Assembly: GCA_965216875.1 (NCBI GenBank)
Contig: OZ244207.1
Location: 3,744,001-3,808,000, forward strand
DNA length: 64,000 nucleotides
From: Rubripirellula sp.
GTDB taxonomy: Bacteria; Planctomycetota; Planctomycetia; Pirellulales; Pirellulaceae
Reading direction: 5' to 3'
Below the pieces are notes generated by a model. That model saw only the letters and a program-made list of their open reading frames with translations, did no database searches and had not been told where the DNA came from. This document shows positions 19,164 to 27,632 of this stretch, one piece after another (the first letter of the stretch is position 1; each line of letters begins with the position of its first letter). The position numbers and the translations under genes are program-made.

Positions 19164-20189
19164 TCACTTCAATGCGTATCGTGTTGGATTCAACGCGTCG
19201 GTGACATCTCCCTGAACTTCTTCGGCGTCGAAAGTGACGCGTCCCGATTCGAAGTCGACTCGGTTCATATCGATCACGACGGGATTCAGGCGTTTTGTCG
19301 ATTGGAAAACAATCTTGCCTTCGCTCATGTCGTAATACGTTGTCCAGAGCGTTCCATATTTCCCTTTGGCTTCGGCGTCATAGACGCTGTATTGCCTTTG
19401 TCCTAATGACATGGCGTGCAACAGGTGGCGGCCCTGGACATAAGCAACTGTTGCGTCGGTAGGTGCATCCAGTTCTTGAATCTGGGTCAATGCATTGCTG
19501 ATGCGGACGAATCGGTCTTTTGAGTCGATGTCGCCGGGCATGTTCAAATCACCGCCCCATGGTTTGTAGTTCTCGAGATTCTCGAGTTGCTCGGGGATTT
19601 GCGGAGCATTGGTCATTACCGCTTGGTTTTCGTAGTAGGCGACGTTTCCATCGCGGAATTCAATCACGACAACGTTGCCTTGTCGGTCATTGATTTGGAA
19701 ATGGACGGGCACGTGCTTTTTGCCCTGGTCAGGAATGTCGACGATGCCTGCGTGAAGATCGATGCTCTTTAAGTTTGCGACCGCTTCATCCACCGTGGCG
19801 AATTGGCTGGCCACATAGTCGGTCAGCATGGGCAGGGAGACATCGCCTTTGGTTGGATCACGCTGGTCCTTGGAATAGCCAGCCGTTGAATCGTAGAGCA
19901 GCGCTGCACTCAGACCTGCTTCGTTGTGGGCTTCGATACCGACTTTGCCATGCACTTCGTAAAAGCCGATGTACCCGTATTTGACCGGCAGCTCGTTTCC
20001 GTTGTGCATCTGATAAGCCTGGTCGCGGCCGACTTTGCCAAAGGTCGGATGGACGTCGACGGCCCAATCGGTCGTACGGCTGATGACCGTCCCGTAGTTA
20101 CTTTTGAAAACCGCTCGGCTGCACGCCTCGGCGACAGTGACTGAACCGGCGACGATTGCGACAGCGGTGATGGCGAATAGGCGTTTCAT
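19164..20189 (-). CDS. Exported Ntn hydrolase, choloylglycine hydrolase / penicillin V acylase family
   Basis: Signal peptide ending AEA then nucleophile Cys (CSRA); RTTDW, NEAGL, VMTNAP, PGDIDSKDRFVR. Confidence 0.88.
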   Translation of the reverse strand: MKRLFAITAVAIVAGSVTVAEACSRAVFKSNYGTVISRTTDWAVDVHPTFGKVGRDQAYQMHNGNELPVKYGYIGFYEVHGKVGIEAHNEAGLSAALLYDSTAGYSKDQRDPTKGDVSLPMLTDYVASQFATVDEAVANLKSIDLHAGIVDIPDQGKKHVPVHFQINDRQGNVVVIEFRDGNVAYYENQAVMTNAPQIPEQLENLENYKPWGGDLNMPGDIDSKDRFVRISNALTQIQELDAPTDATVAYVQGRHLLHAMSLGQRQYSVYDAEAKGKYGTLWTTYYDMSEGKIVFQSTKRLNPVVIDMNRVDFESGRVTFDAEEVQGDVTDALNPTRYALK

Positions 20190-20553
20190 CTTATTTCCCC
20201 CGTGTTTCGTTTGTCTTGCGTTGAAAACTACTTACAGATGGCACGACAACCGGCCTGGATTACACGACCGGCAAACTTTTCTTTCGCTCCCTGCGACCCG
20301 CCCCAATGTCAACACCGGTCCCTGCTGAAGAATCGTTAATGCCGTCACACTCGCATCCTTTTCACACGGGATGAAGGCTCTCTGGCGAGCTGGCCGATGC
20401 TTAGGTTGTTCACCCAATCCATCTTCCCTGGCTTGGGACACTGGCCCGCTCAGTGGTCAGCAACCACAACCCTGCCTTCCCAAATCAAGGTTGTGTCCCT
20501 GCGACACTGAACACCAGACATCCTCAAGCCAAAAATCGCGTTTGTCATCATCC

Positions 20554-21456
20554 ATGTCACACACAGAGATCATCGAATCGAGCACCGACGCCGAGCCGGT
20601 CGCCGCGAAGACACCGCGTGTTTCGCGAGCCACGGCCGCTCAGTCGCCGCTGGAAACCTACCTGCGTGAAATCAACGAAACCGCGCTGCTTTCGGCTGAC
20701 GAAGAACTGGAGCTTGCCGAGCGAATCGCTCAAGGCGATGTTCTGGCACGTGACCGAATGGTGCGAGCCAACTTGCGGTTGGTCGTCAACATCGCACGCG
20801 GCTACACCGGCAAAGGCCTCGGACTGCAAGACCTGATCGAGGAAGGCAACCTCGGACTGCTGCGGGCTGTCGAAGGTTTCGATCCAACCGTCGGAACCCG
20901 TTTCAGCACCTACGCAAGTTACTGGATCAAGCAGTCGATCAAGCGAGCCTTGATCAACAGCGCCAAGACGATCCGCATTCCCGCCTACATGGTGGAACTG
21001 CTGAGCAAATGGCGTCGCGCAACGGCACGACTGAGCGAAGAACTGGGACGCACACCGACCAACGAAGAAGTCGCTCGCGTCCTTGGACTGCCCAAGAAGA
21101 AGTTGCCGATCATTCGCAAAGCAATTCGCATCTCCAACTCCACCCCTCAAAGTGATCAAACCGAATCGGGTTGGTCACTGGGCGAAATGGTGATGGACGA
21201 GCGATTGAAGGCTCCCGATGAAGAGATGCTCGACCACGACATCCTTCGCCATGCGATGGAACTGTTGGGCGACCTGGAAGAACGTGAAGCGACCGTCTTG
21301 AAGCTCCGCTTCGGACTGGGGGGAACGGAACCAAAGACACTCAAAGAGATCGGCGCCGAACTCGGCCTGACTCGCGAACGAGTGCGTCAGATCGAAACCG
21401 AGGCATTGCGGCGCCTCGCTGACGGTCTGACCGACCCCCGAGAACGAAGTTTCTAG
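20554..21456 (+). CDS. Sigma-70 family factor (RpoD/RpoS-like, lacking region 1.1)
   Basis: YLREI, ANLRLVVNIA, DLIEEGNLGL, RFSTYASYWIKQ, TLKEIG..LTRERVRQIE. Confidence 0.93.
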   Translation: MSHTEIIESSTDAEPVAAKTPRVSRATAAQSPLETYLREINETALLSADEELELAERIAQGDVLARDRMVRANLRLVVNIARGYTGKGLGLQDLIEEGNLGLLRAVEGFDPTVGTRFSTYASYWIKQSIKRALINSAKTIRIPAYMVELLSKWRRATARLSEELGRTPTNEEVARVLGLPKKKLPIIRKAIRISNSTPQSDQTESGWSLGEMVMDERLKAPDEEMLDHDILRHAMELLGDLEEREATVLKLRFGLGGTEPKTLKEIGAELGLTRERVRQIETEALRRLADGLTDPRERSF

Positions 21457-21537
21457 TGAACGAAGCTTCTAGAGAGCGAAGTTTCTAGTGAACGTAGTTT
21501 CTAGTGAAAGCAGCTTCGAGTGATTGGAGCTTCGAGA
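21442..21537 (+). repeat. Tandem repeat, 16-bp unit (GAACGAAGTTTCTAGT) x6, first unit contains the sigma-factor stop codon
   Basis: Units start at 21442, 21458, 21474, 21490, 21506 and 21522 and degenerate distally. Confidence 0.85.
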
Positions 21538-21551
21538 ACTCTCTGAATCCC

Positions 21552-21615
21552 GTTTGTAGTACCGCCTTTCGACGGACAGGTACAGGGACTGCCGGCTAAA
21601 ACCGGTACTACAAAC
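21552..21615. repeat. REP family A copy (inverted)
   Basis: GTTTGTAGTACCGCCTTT...GCCGGCTAAAACCGGTACTACAAAC. Confidence 0.7.
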
Positions 21616-21658
21616 GGGCAGTCCTCGTCCGAGTGACGAACACCATTCAAACGCGACG

Positions 21659-21697
21659 AAAACGGCATGCCCGCATCCGCTGGGCGTGTCGTTTTTT
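21659..21697 (+). terminator. Intrinsic terminator downstream of the sigma gene
   Basis: AAAACGGCATGCCC/GGGCGTGTCGTTTT stem followed by a T-tract. Confidence 0.7.
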
Positions 21698-21715
21698 GTT
21701 TGTGCACTGCGATGG

Positions 21716-21777
21716 TTCGGGGGATTGTCTGCGACGCTTCGGGGGATTGTCTGCGACGCTTCGGGGGATTGTCTGCG
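21716..21777 (+). repeat. Tandem repeat, 22-bp unit TTCGGGGGATTGTCTGCGACGC x2.8
   Basis: Perfect units at 21716, 21738 and 21760 (partial). Confidence 0.85.
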
Positions 21778-21878
21778 GAGCTGATAGGGGAGTCTGCAAA
21801 ACGACCGGCGAGCGAGTAAAATCAGGTCGCTCGGAACCCACCTCGCATTTCTTGCCACTCCACGGATTGAGTCCACCA

Positions 21879-22919
21879 GTGCCGACTACCCTCCTAAAAC
21901 GATTCTCGTTTGCCTGCCTCGCCGCCCTTGTAATGTTTGGACCTGCCGTCGCTGGCGCTCCCCAAGACGCTCAAAAGAAGCCTGCCGAAGCGAAAAAAGA
22001 AGACGCCAAGCCGGACGATGCGAAGGGGAGAGAGGCTCCCGCCAAGGGCAAAGCCGACGAGAAAAAGGCTGAATCGAAAAAGCCGGCCGAGCAGAAGAAG
22101 CCTGCGGCCAAAGCTGACGACAAGAAACCAGAAAAGAAAAAGGAAGAGCCTCCCAAGCCCGTCTCCGCCTTCCCCGACAAGGCGCTCGAAGCTGCGGTGA
22201 GGGCCGAGGTCTTTGAAAAGCGATACAACGATCAGCCGATCACCAAGGAAGATGTCGCCAACATCTCCCGCGTGGTAGGGCGCGGCAAGAAGATCAAGAA
22301 CCTCGAAGGACTTCAACACTGCAAGGCGTTGATGTTGATCGACCTCGCTGACAACGAAATCGTGGACCTCAAACCGATCCGTGAACTCAAGCGTCTGCAA
22401 TCGGTCAATCTTGCCAACAACAAAGTCAAAGACATCAAACCCATCGCCGACCTAACGGGCATGCAGCTGCTCGATCTCTCCGGCAACGCAATCGAAAACA
22501 TCGATGCACTCAAAAAGATGGAGAACATGCGCAGCCTCTATTTGGCCAACAACCGTTTGACGAAGCTCGACGCGATTTCGGGGCTGTCAAAGATCTGGTC
22601 GCTCGATGCTTCCGGGAATCAATTGTCTGACCTCGGTCCGGTCGGCAAACTCGCATGGCTGACCACACTTGATGTTGCAAAGAATCAGATCAAATCGCTC
22701 GAGCCACTGACCACGCTCGGGGAACTCGACATGTTGCTGGTGGGTGACAACCAAATCAACGACCTCGGCCCACTGGTCGACATGTGCAAGAAGGACGCCG
22801 AAGGCGAGCGACGCTTTGCGCCGTACATGGAAGTTTACCTAGGCAAAAACCCAATCGACGAAAAGAAGAAGGCCGAGCAAGTCAAATCGCTCGAGTCGTT
22901 CGGCGTTGATGTGAAGTAA
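21879..22919 (+). CDS. Exported internalin-like leucine-rich repeat protein
   Basis: Signal peptide from GTG 21879; K/E/A/P-rich linker; FPDKALEAAVR cap; 22-aa LxxLxLxxNxIxD repeats. Confidence 0.88.
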   Translation: MPTTLLKRFSFACLAALVMFGPAVAGAPQDAQKKPAEAKKEDAKPDDAKGREAPAKGKADEKKAESKKPAEQKKPAAKADDKKPEKKKEEPPKPVSAFPDKALEAAVRAEVFEKRYNDQPITKEDVANISRVVGRGKKIKNLEGLQHCKALMLIDLADNEIVDLKPIRELKRLQSVNLANNKVKDIKPIADLTGMQLLDLSGNAIENIDALKKMENMRSLYLANNRLTKLDAISGLSKIWSLDASGNQLSDLGPVGKLAWLTTLDVAKNQIKSLEPLTTLGELDMLLVGDNQINDLGPLVDMCKKDAEGERRFAPYMEVYLGKNPIDEKKKAEQVKSLESFGVDVK

Positions 22920-22927
22920 GCCGATCT

Positions 22928-23304
22928 CGTGGCCACGCTCTGCGTGGTCACGCACTTTCTGGACGCTCCGCGTCCTCTTCGTAGGTCATGCTCCGCATGA
23001 CGAGCGTTCGCAATACGTGCCGGGAATGCAAAGCCCGGCCGCTTACGCGTTCGCGGCTCACCGGGCGCAGTTCGTAGTACCGAGCTTTAGCCGGAATCTT
23101 CAAGCTCTTCCGCCCAAAGGCGGGACGACAAACGGTGTCGACCGTGGGCAGTGCAAAGCCCGGCCGCTTACGCGATCACGGCTCACAGGGCGCAGTTCGT
23201 AGTACCGAGCTTTAGCCGGAATCTTCACGCTCTTCCGCCCAAAGGCAGGACGACAAACGGTGTCGACCGTTGGGATCAAGGCCCGACGCTACGCGTTCGG
23301 CTCA
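22928..23304. repeat. Composite REP cluster (families C, D, A; about 125-bp D+A unit repeated) between convergent genes
   Basis: GTAGGTCATGCTCCGCATGAC near 22982; D+A units near 23030-23145 and 23155-23270; final D arm near 23280-23304. Confidence 0.8.
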
Positions 23305-23320
23305 CCTGTGAGCCACGGCT

Positions 23321-26149
23321 CTACTTTGCGACCAGGTTGACCAAGCGTCCTGGGACAACGATCTGCTTGACAATCGATTTCCCATCGATGGCGGCTTGAA
23401 CTTTCTCATCGGCAAGCGCGGCAGCGATCACCGTATCTTGGTCGGCATCCGGTGCGACGTTGATTTTTGCTTTCACCTTACCGTTGATCTGAACAGGCAA
23501 CTCGATGCTCGATTCGACGAGTGCGGACTCGTCCCACTGCGGCCACGATTGAAGCGAGATCGAACCTTCTTCGCCGAGCGTCTTCCAAAGCTCTTCGGCA
23601 ATGTGTGGTGCGTAAGGCGACAACAACATCAAGAACGTTCGCATCGCTTCCTTGGGACGCTTTTCGCATCGAGTGAAGTGATTGGTGAACTCCATCATCC
23701 GTGCGATCGCCGTATTGAAGCTCATCGATTCGGTGTCTTCGGTCACCTTCTTGATCGTCTGATGCAAAACCCGAAGCTGCTCTTCGTCGCACGCATCGTC
23801 TGAGAGTGCGGGATGGAGCACCAACTCGTCTTCCTTGGTGTCAACAATCATGCGCCAAACGCGATCCAAGAAGTTCTTGACTCCGCCGACGCCCGCCATG
23901 CTCCATGGCTTGGTCGCTTCGAGTGGGCCCATGAACATCTCGTACAAACGCAACGCGTCGGCACCATACTCATCGACCACCTTGTCAGGGTTGACGACAT
24001 TGCCGCGACTCTTGCTCATCTTATGAGCACGACTATCGACGCGAATTTTGTCGTTGTCGACGCGAACGAATCCATCGCCTTTCTTTTCGACATCGTCTTC
24101 GGTGAGTTTCGATGCGGTGACCGAGCCGCCGGCCGAATCGACATACTCTCCTTCCTCATTGCGTTTGACGTCGCTGCTCGAAATCGATTCACCTGCCCCA
24201 TTGGCGTAGCCCGTGAACTCGACTTCGCCAAGGATCATTCCCTGATTAACCAAGCGACCAAACGGTTCAGCAGTGCTGACGTGACCGCGGTCGAAAAGCA
24301 CTTTGTGCCAGAACCGTGAATACAAGAGGTGCAACACAGCGTGCTCGGCGCCCCCGACGTACAAGTCGACGGGCATCCATGACTTTTCCTTTTCAGCGTC
24401 GACAAAGGCTGTGTCATTCTTGGGATCGATGTAGCGAAGGTAGTACCAACATGAACCGGCCCACTGCGGCATCGTGTTGGTTTCGCGACGATAACGTTTG
24501 CCGTCGATCGTGACGTACAACCAGTCATCCCCCGCTTTGGCCAACGGCGGCTCAGGACGCCCATGCGGTTTGTAGTCATCCAAATCGGGCAAGCGGACAG
24601 GCAACTCGCTCGCATCGACGGTCCGCTTGATGCCCGTAGGATTCCCCTCGTCATCCACTTCATGGAGCACGGGGAAGGGTTCGCCCCAGAATCGTTGGCG
24701 GCTGAACAACCAATCACGCAACTTGAAGTTGACCGCACTTTTACCTTGTCCGGCATCGTCAAGCGACTTGGTCACCGCAGCTTTCACATCGTCGGTTTGT
24801 TGTCCGTCGAAGGATCCGCTGTTGATCGCTTCGCCTTTGGCGACAAAGCAAACGTCGCCCGCCAAGATTCCTTCACGTTGCTCGTGATCTTCGGGCGGGT
24901 TCACGACCGGAATGACCTTCAAGTCAAACTGCTTTGCAAACTCAAAGTCACGATCATCGTGCGCCGGCACTGCCATGATCGCTCCGGTGCCGTAGCCAGC
25001 CAAAACGTAATCGGCGACCCAAATCGGAATCGATTCGCCGTTGACCGGGTTGATCGCATAGCCACCGGTGAAGACACCCGTTTTGACCTTGTCATCGGTG
25101 CGCTCGCGGTCACTCTTGAAAGAAGCCTTTTCGCAATACTGCTGGACCTCGTCGGATTGTTCCGACGACGTCAATGCCGCGAGCATCGGGTGCTCGGGCG
25201 AAACAACCATGTAGGTCGCGCCAAAAAGCGTGTCGGGACGCGTCGTGTAAATGCGAAGCGAATCGGTCCCAGGCTCCGCAGGAAATCCGGAATCAGCACG
25301 CGACGCTTGCCAAGCGTCAAAGCTCGCTTTGTCGCCGACGTAAAAATCAACTTCCGCACCGGTGCTGCGGCCGATCCAATCCTGCTGGAGTTTTTTGATG
25401 CCGGTGGGCCATGCCAAGTCGTCCAATCCATCCAACAACCGTTCCGCATAAGCGGTGATGCGAAGCATCCATTGGCGAAGCGGGATTCGTTTGACAGGGT
25501 GTCCGCCACGTTCGCTCTTGCCATCTTGGACTTCTTCGTTGGCGAGCACGGTACCGAGTCCAGGACACCAATTGACGAGCGCATCATCCTGATAGGCCAA
25601 GCGGTGATCGTCGCGATACTTTTCAACTGCCGCGTCACCTTCGGCCGTCACCTCATTGGGAATGGGCAACTCGGAAATCGGTCGTCCCTTTTGCTGGTCG
25701 GCGTCGAACCAGGTGTCGTACAAGACAAGAAAGATCCACTGCGTCCAACGAAAGTATTCTTCGTCGGTCGTCGCCAAGACGCGGTCCCAGTCGTAGCTGA
25801 ATCCAAGCATCTTCAACTGACGGGTGAAGTTGTCGATATTCTTTTGGGTTTGAATCCGTGGGTGTTCGCCCGTCTTGATCGCGTGTTCTTCAGCGGGCAA
25901 TCCAAAGGCGTCGAACCCCATGGGGTGAAGGACGCTTTCACCATTCATGCGAGCGAATCGCGAAACAATGTCGGTCGCGGTGTAGCCCTCGGGGTGTCCA
26001 ACATGAAGCCCGTCGCCGCTTGGATAGGGAAACATGTCCAAGACGTACCGTTTTTTTCCCGTCGGGTGGTCGGGCGTCGCGAACGTTCGGTTGGCCTCCC
26101 AATAGGCTTGCCAGCGAGGTTCGATTTCGGCGGGATTGTAGCGTGGCAT
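23321..26149 (-). CDS. leuS: Leucine--tRNA ligase
   Basis: [14 protein letters not shown] (HIGH), [10 protein letters not shown] editing domain, [17 protein letters not shown]. Confidence 0.98.
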   Translation of the reverse strand: MPRYNPAEIEPRWQAYWEANRTFATPDHPTGKKRYVLDMFPYPSGDGLHVGHPEGYTATDIVSRFARMNGESVLHPMGFDAFGLPAEEHAIKTGEHPRIQTQKNIDNFTRQLKMLGFSYDWDRVLATTDEEYFRWTQWIFLVLYDTWFDADQQKGRPISELPIPNEVTAEGDAAVEKYRDDHRLAYQDDALVNWCPGLGTVLANEEVQDGKSERGGHPVKRIPLRQWMLRITAYAERLLDGLDDLAWPTGIKKLQQDWIGRSTGAEVDFYVGDKASFDAWQASRADSGFPAEPGTDSLRIYTTRPDTLFGATYMVVSPEHPMLAALTSSEQSDEVQQYCEKASFKSDRERTDDKVKTGVFTGGYAINPVNGESIPIWVADYVLAGYGTGAIMAVPAHDDRDFEFAKQFDLKVIPVVNPPEDHEQREGILAGDVCFVAKGEAINSGSFDGQQTDDVKAAVTKSLDDAGQGKSAVNFKLRDWLFSRQRFWGEPFPVLHEVDDEGNPTGIKRTVDASELPVRLPDLDDYKPHGRPEPPLAKAGDDWLYVTIDGKRYRRETNTMPQWAGSCWYYLRYIDPKNDTAFVDAEKEKSWMPVDLYVGGAEHAVLHLLYSRFWHKVLFDRGHVSTAEPFGRLVNQGMILGEVEFTGYANGAGESISSSDVKRNEEGEYVDSAGGSVTASKLTEDDVEKKGDGFVRVDNDKIRVDSRAHKMSKSRGNVVNPDKVVDEYGADALRLYEMFMGPLEATKPWSMAGVGGVKNFLDRVWRMIVDTKEDELVLHPALSDDACDEEQLRVLHQTIKKVTEDTESMSFNTAIARMMEFTNHFTRCEKRPKEAMRTFLMLLSPYAPHIAEELWKTLGEEGSISLQSWPQWDESALVESSIELPVQINGKVKAKINVAPDADQDTVIAAALADEKVQAAIDGKSIVKQIVVPGRLVNLVAK

Positions 26150-26408
26150 CGTGCGTCAGGGCCTGTTGTGTTTCGACCCCATCTGTCGGTGAGAATGGGT
26201 CGGCTGGTGTTGCTTCGGGTTGCTCGGCGGTTTCGACATGCTCATTGGGAGCCAAATTCCGCCTCGTGTGTTCAGCAAAATTCTAAGAAATCGAGCCCGA
26301 CGCGTAAGGTGCGTTGGGGCTGTGAAACTCATTCGGCCCCGGCCGGAGTGCGTTGGGCACGGCAATTTGAGCTTGACCCTTTCGCTCCAGGCTGGCTAAA
26401 GACCGATC

Positions 26409-27416
26409 ATGGTCGTGCGAAGAGCTGTTCTATCGGTATGCGCCGTCGCCGTGGCGTTCCTCGGCGGGTGCCGAATGAGCGCGCCGCTGCACGTCTGGCA
26501 AGAGCCGAAACTCGAGTCGACCGTTGGCAAAAAGGTCGCTCTTTCGCAGATTTCGTCCAGCCCCGATGCGGATTCCAAAGAACTTGGCCAGCGAATTACC
26601 GAGCGAATTGTCGAAACCGCACCGAGTGACCCGGGACGTGCGACTCACTTGGTGCCGGCCGAATCGCTCGAGCAGAAGTCAAAAATCCAACTCGTCTCCA
26701 CTACCGACCAACGGCCCAACGACCTTGCCCTCGCCTCCGTCGCCCGCAAAGAAGGTTACGACTTTGTGCTTCGAGGCGAGATTGTCGAAGACCGCTACGC
26801 CAAGTATCGACAAGATTCGGCGCATCGCCAGGATTCGGCTGAGGAAGAAGACGAAGAAACCGACAAGTCACTGGCGATCTCTTGGCGTCTGACCTCGCTG
26901 ACGGAAAACCGCCCCGCTGGCGGCTCGCCGGTCAGTATCGATGTCGAAACGGCGATCGAGCGTTATCCCGATCTCGGACTCACCACCGACCAAGACACGA
27001 TCCTGGCCGAAGCGATCTCGCGAGAGTCGCTGCGTTTGATTGCTCCGTGGATCGATCGTGAACAAGTGCAGATCGCGATTCCCTATTTATTGCCTGGCAG
27101 TCGCGACGTGCGTCGCGGAAACATCGCCGCGTTGTCAGGCCAATGGCAAGAAGCCGAGCGGATTTGGCAGGGAGCGTATGCGGCGCACCCCTCTCAAGTC
27201 GCAGCCCTCCATAATTTGGCAATCGCAGCAGCGGCTCGCCAAGATTTCTCGACCGCCAAACGTCTCGCTCGCAAGGCCGTCCGTCTTCAACCGACTTGGC
27301 TCAACAAGCACACCCTGGTTTGGGTCGAAGTGCGTCAGCGAGACTACCACGCCGCTTTCGACCTTCCCGATCCGCCCGAAGGCTGGTTCGTAACGAACTC
27401 GAAGGTTGGTTCGTAA
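26409..27416 (+). CDS. Lipoprotein with C-terminal TPR-like helices
   Basis: Lipobox LGGC; AALHNLAIAAAARQDFSTAKRLARKA TPR-like segment. Confidence 0.75.
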   Translation: MVVRRAVLSVCAVAVAFLGGCRMSAPLHVWQEPKLESTVGKKVALSQISSSPDADSKELGQRITERIVETAPSDPGRATHLVPAESLEQKSKIQLVSTTDQRPNDLALASVARKEGYDFVLRGEIVEDRYAKYRQDSAHRQDSAEEEDEETDKSLAISWRLTSLTENRPAGGSPVSIDVETAIERYPDLGLTTDQDTILAEAISRESLRLIAPWIDREQVQIAIPYLLPGSRDVRRGNIAALSGQWQEAERIWQGAYAAHPSQVAALHNLAIAAAARQDFSTAKRLARKAVRLQPTWLNKHTLVWVEVRQRDYHAAFDLPDPPEGWFVTNSKVGS

Positions 27417-27437
27417 CGAACTCGAAGGCTGGTTCGT
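27377..27437 (+). repeat. Tandem repeat, 23-bp unit CGAAGGCTGGTTCGTAACGAACT x2.6 spanning the stop codon
   Basis: Units at 27377, 27400 and 27423. Confidence 0.85.
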
Positions 27438-27632
27438 GAAACGCGAGTGCGGCTGTGGCAACTACGGTTGTTTGTGGATCGTCTGATGATTGCGAGGCTA
27501 GGGCCCGAGGCCTCACAGCCAGCGGCTCAGTGCTTGGGTGTGCAAGGAGCTGTTCGGGACGGACGCGTGATTGCCAACTCTTGATCGATCACGATAATCT
27601 GATCGAGCCCCTTTACCCGTGACGCCCAACGA

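Noticed and set aside
24563..26629. 688-aa plus-strand ORF and other long antisense ORFs (e.g. 44355-45440, 51913-52797, 13084-13875)
   Set aside because: They are shadows of well-supported opposite-strand genes (leuS, sirtuin, aroB, oxidoreductase) in GC-rich DNA and have no motifs.
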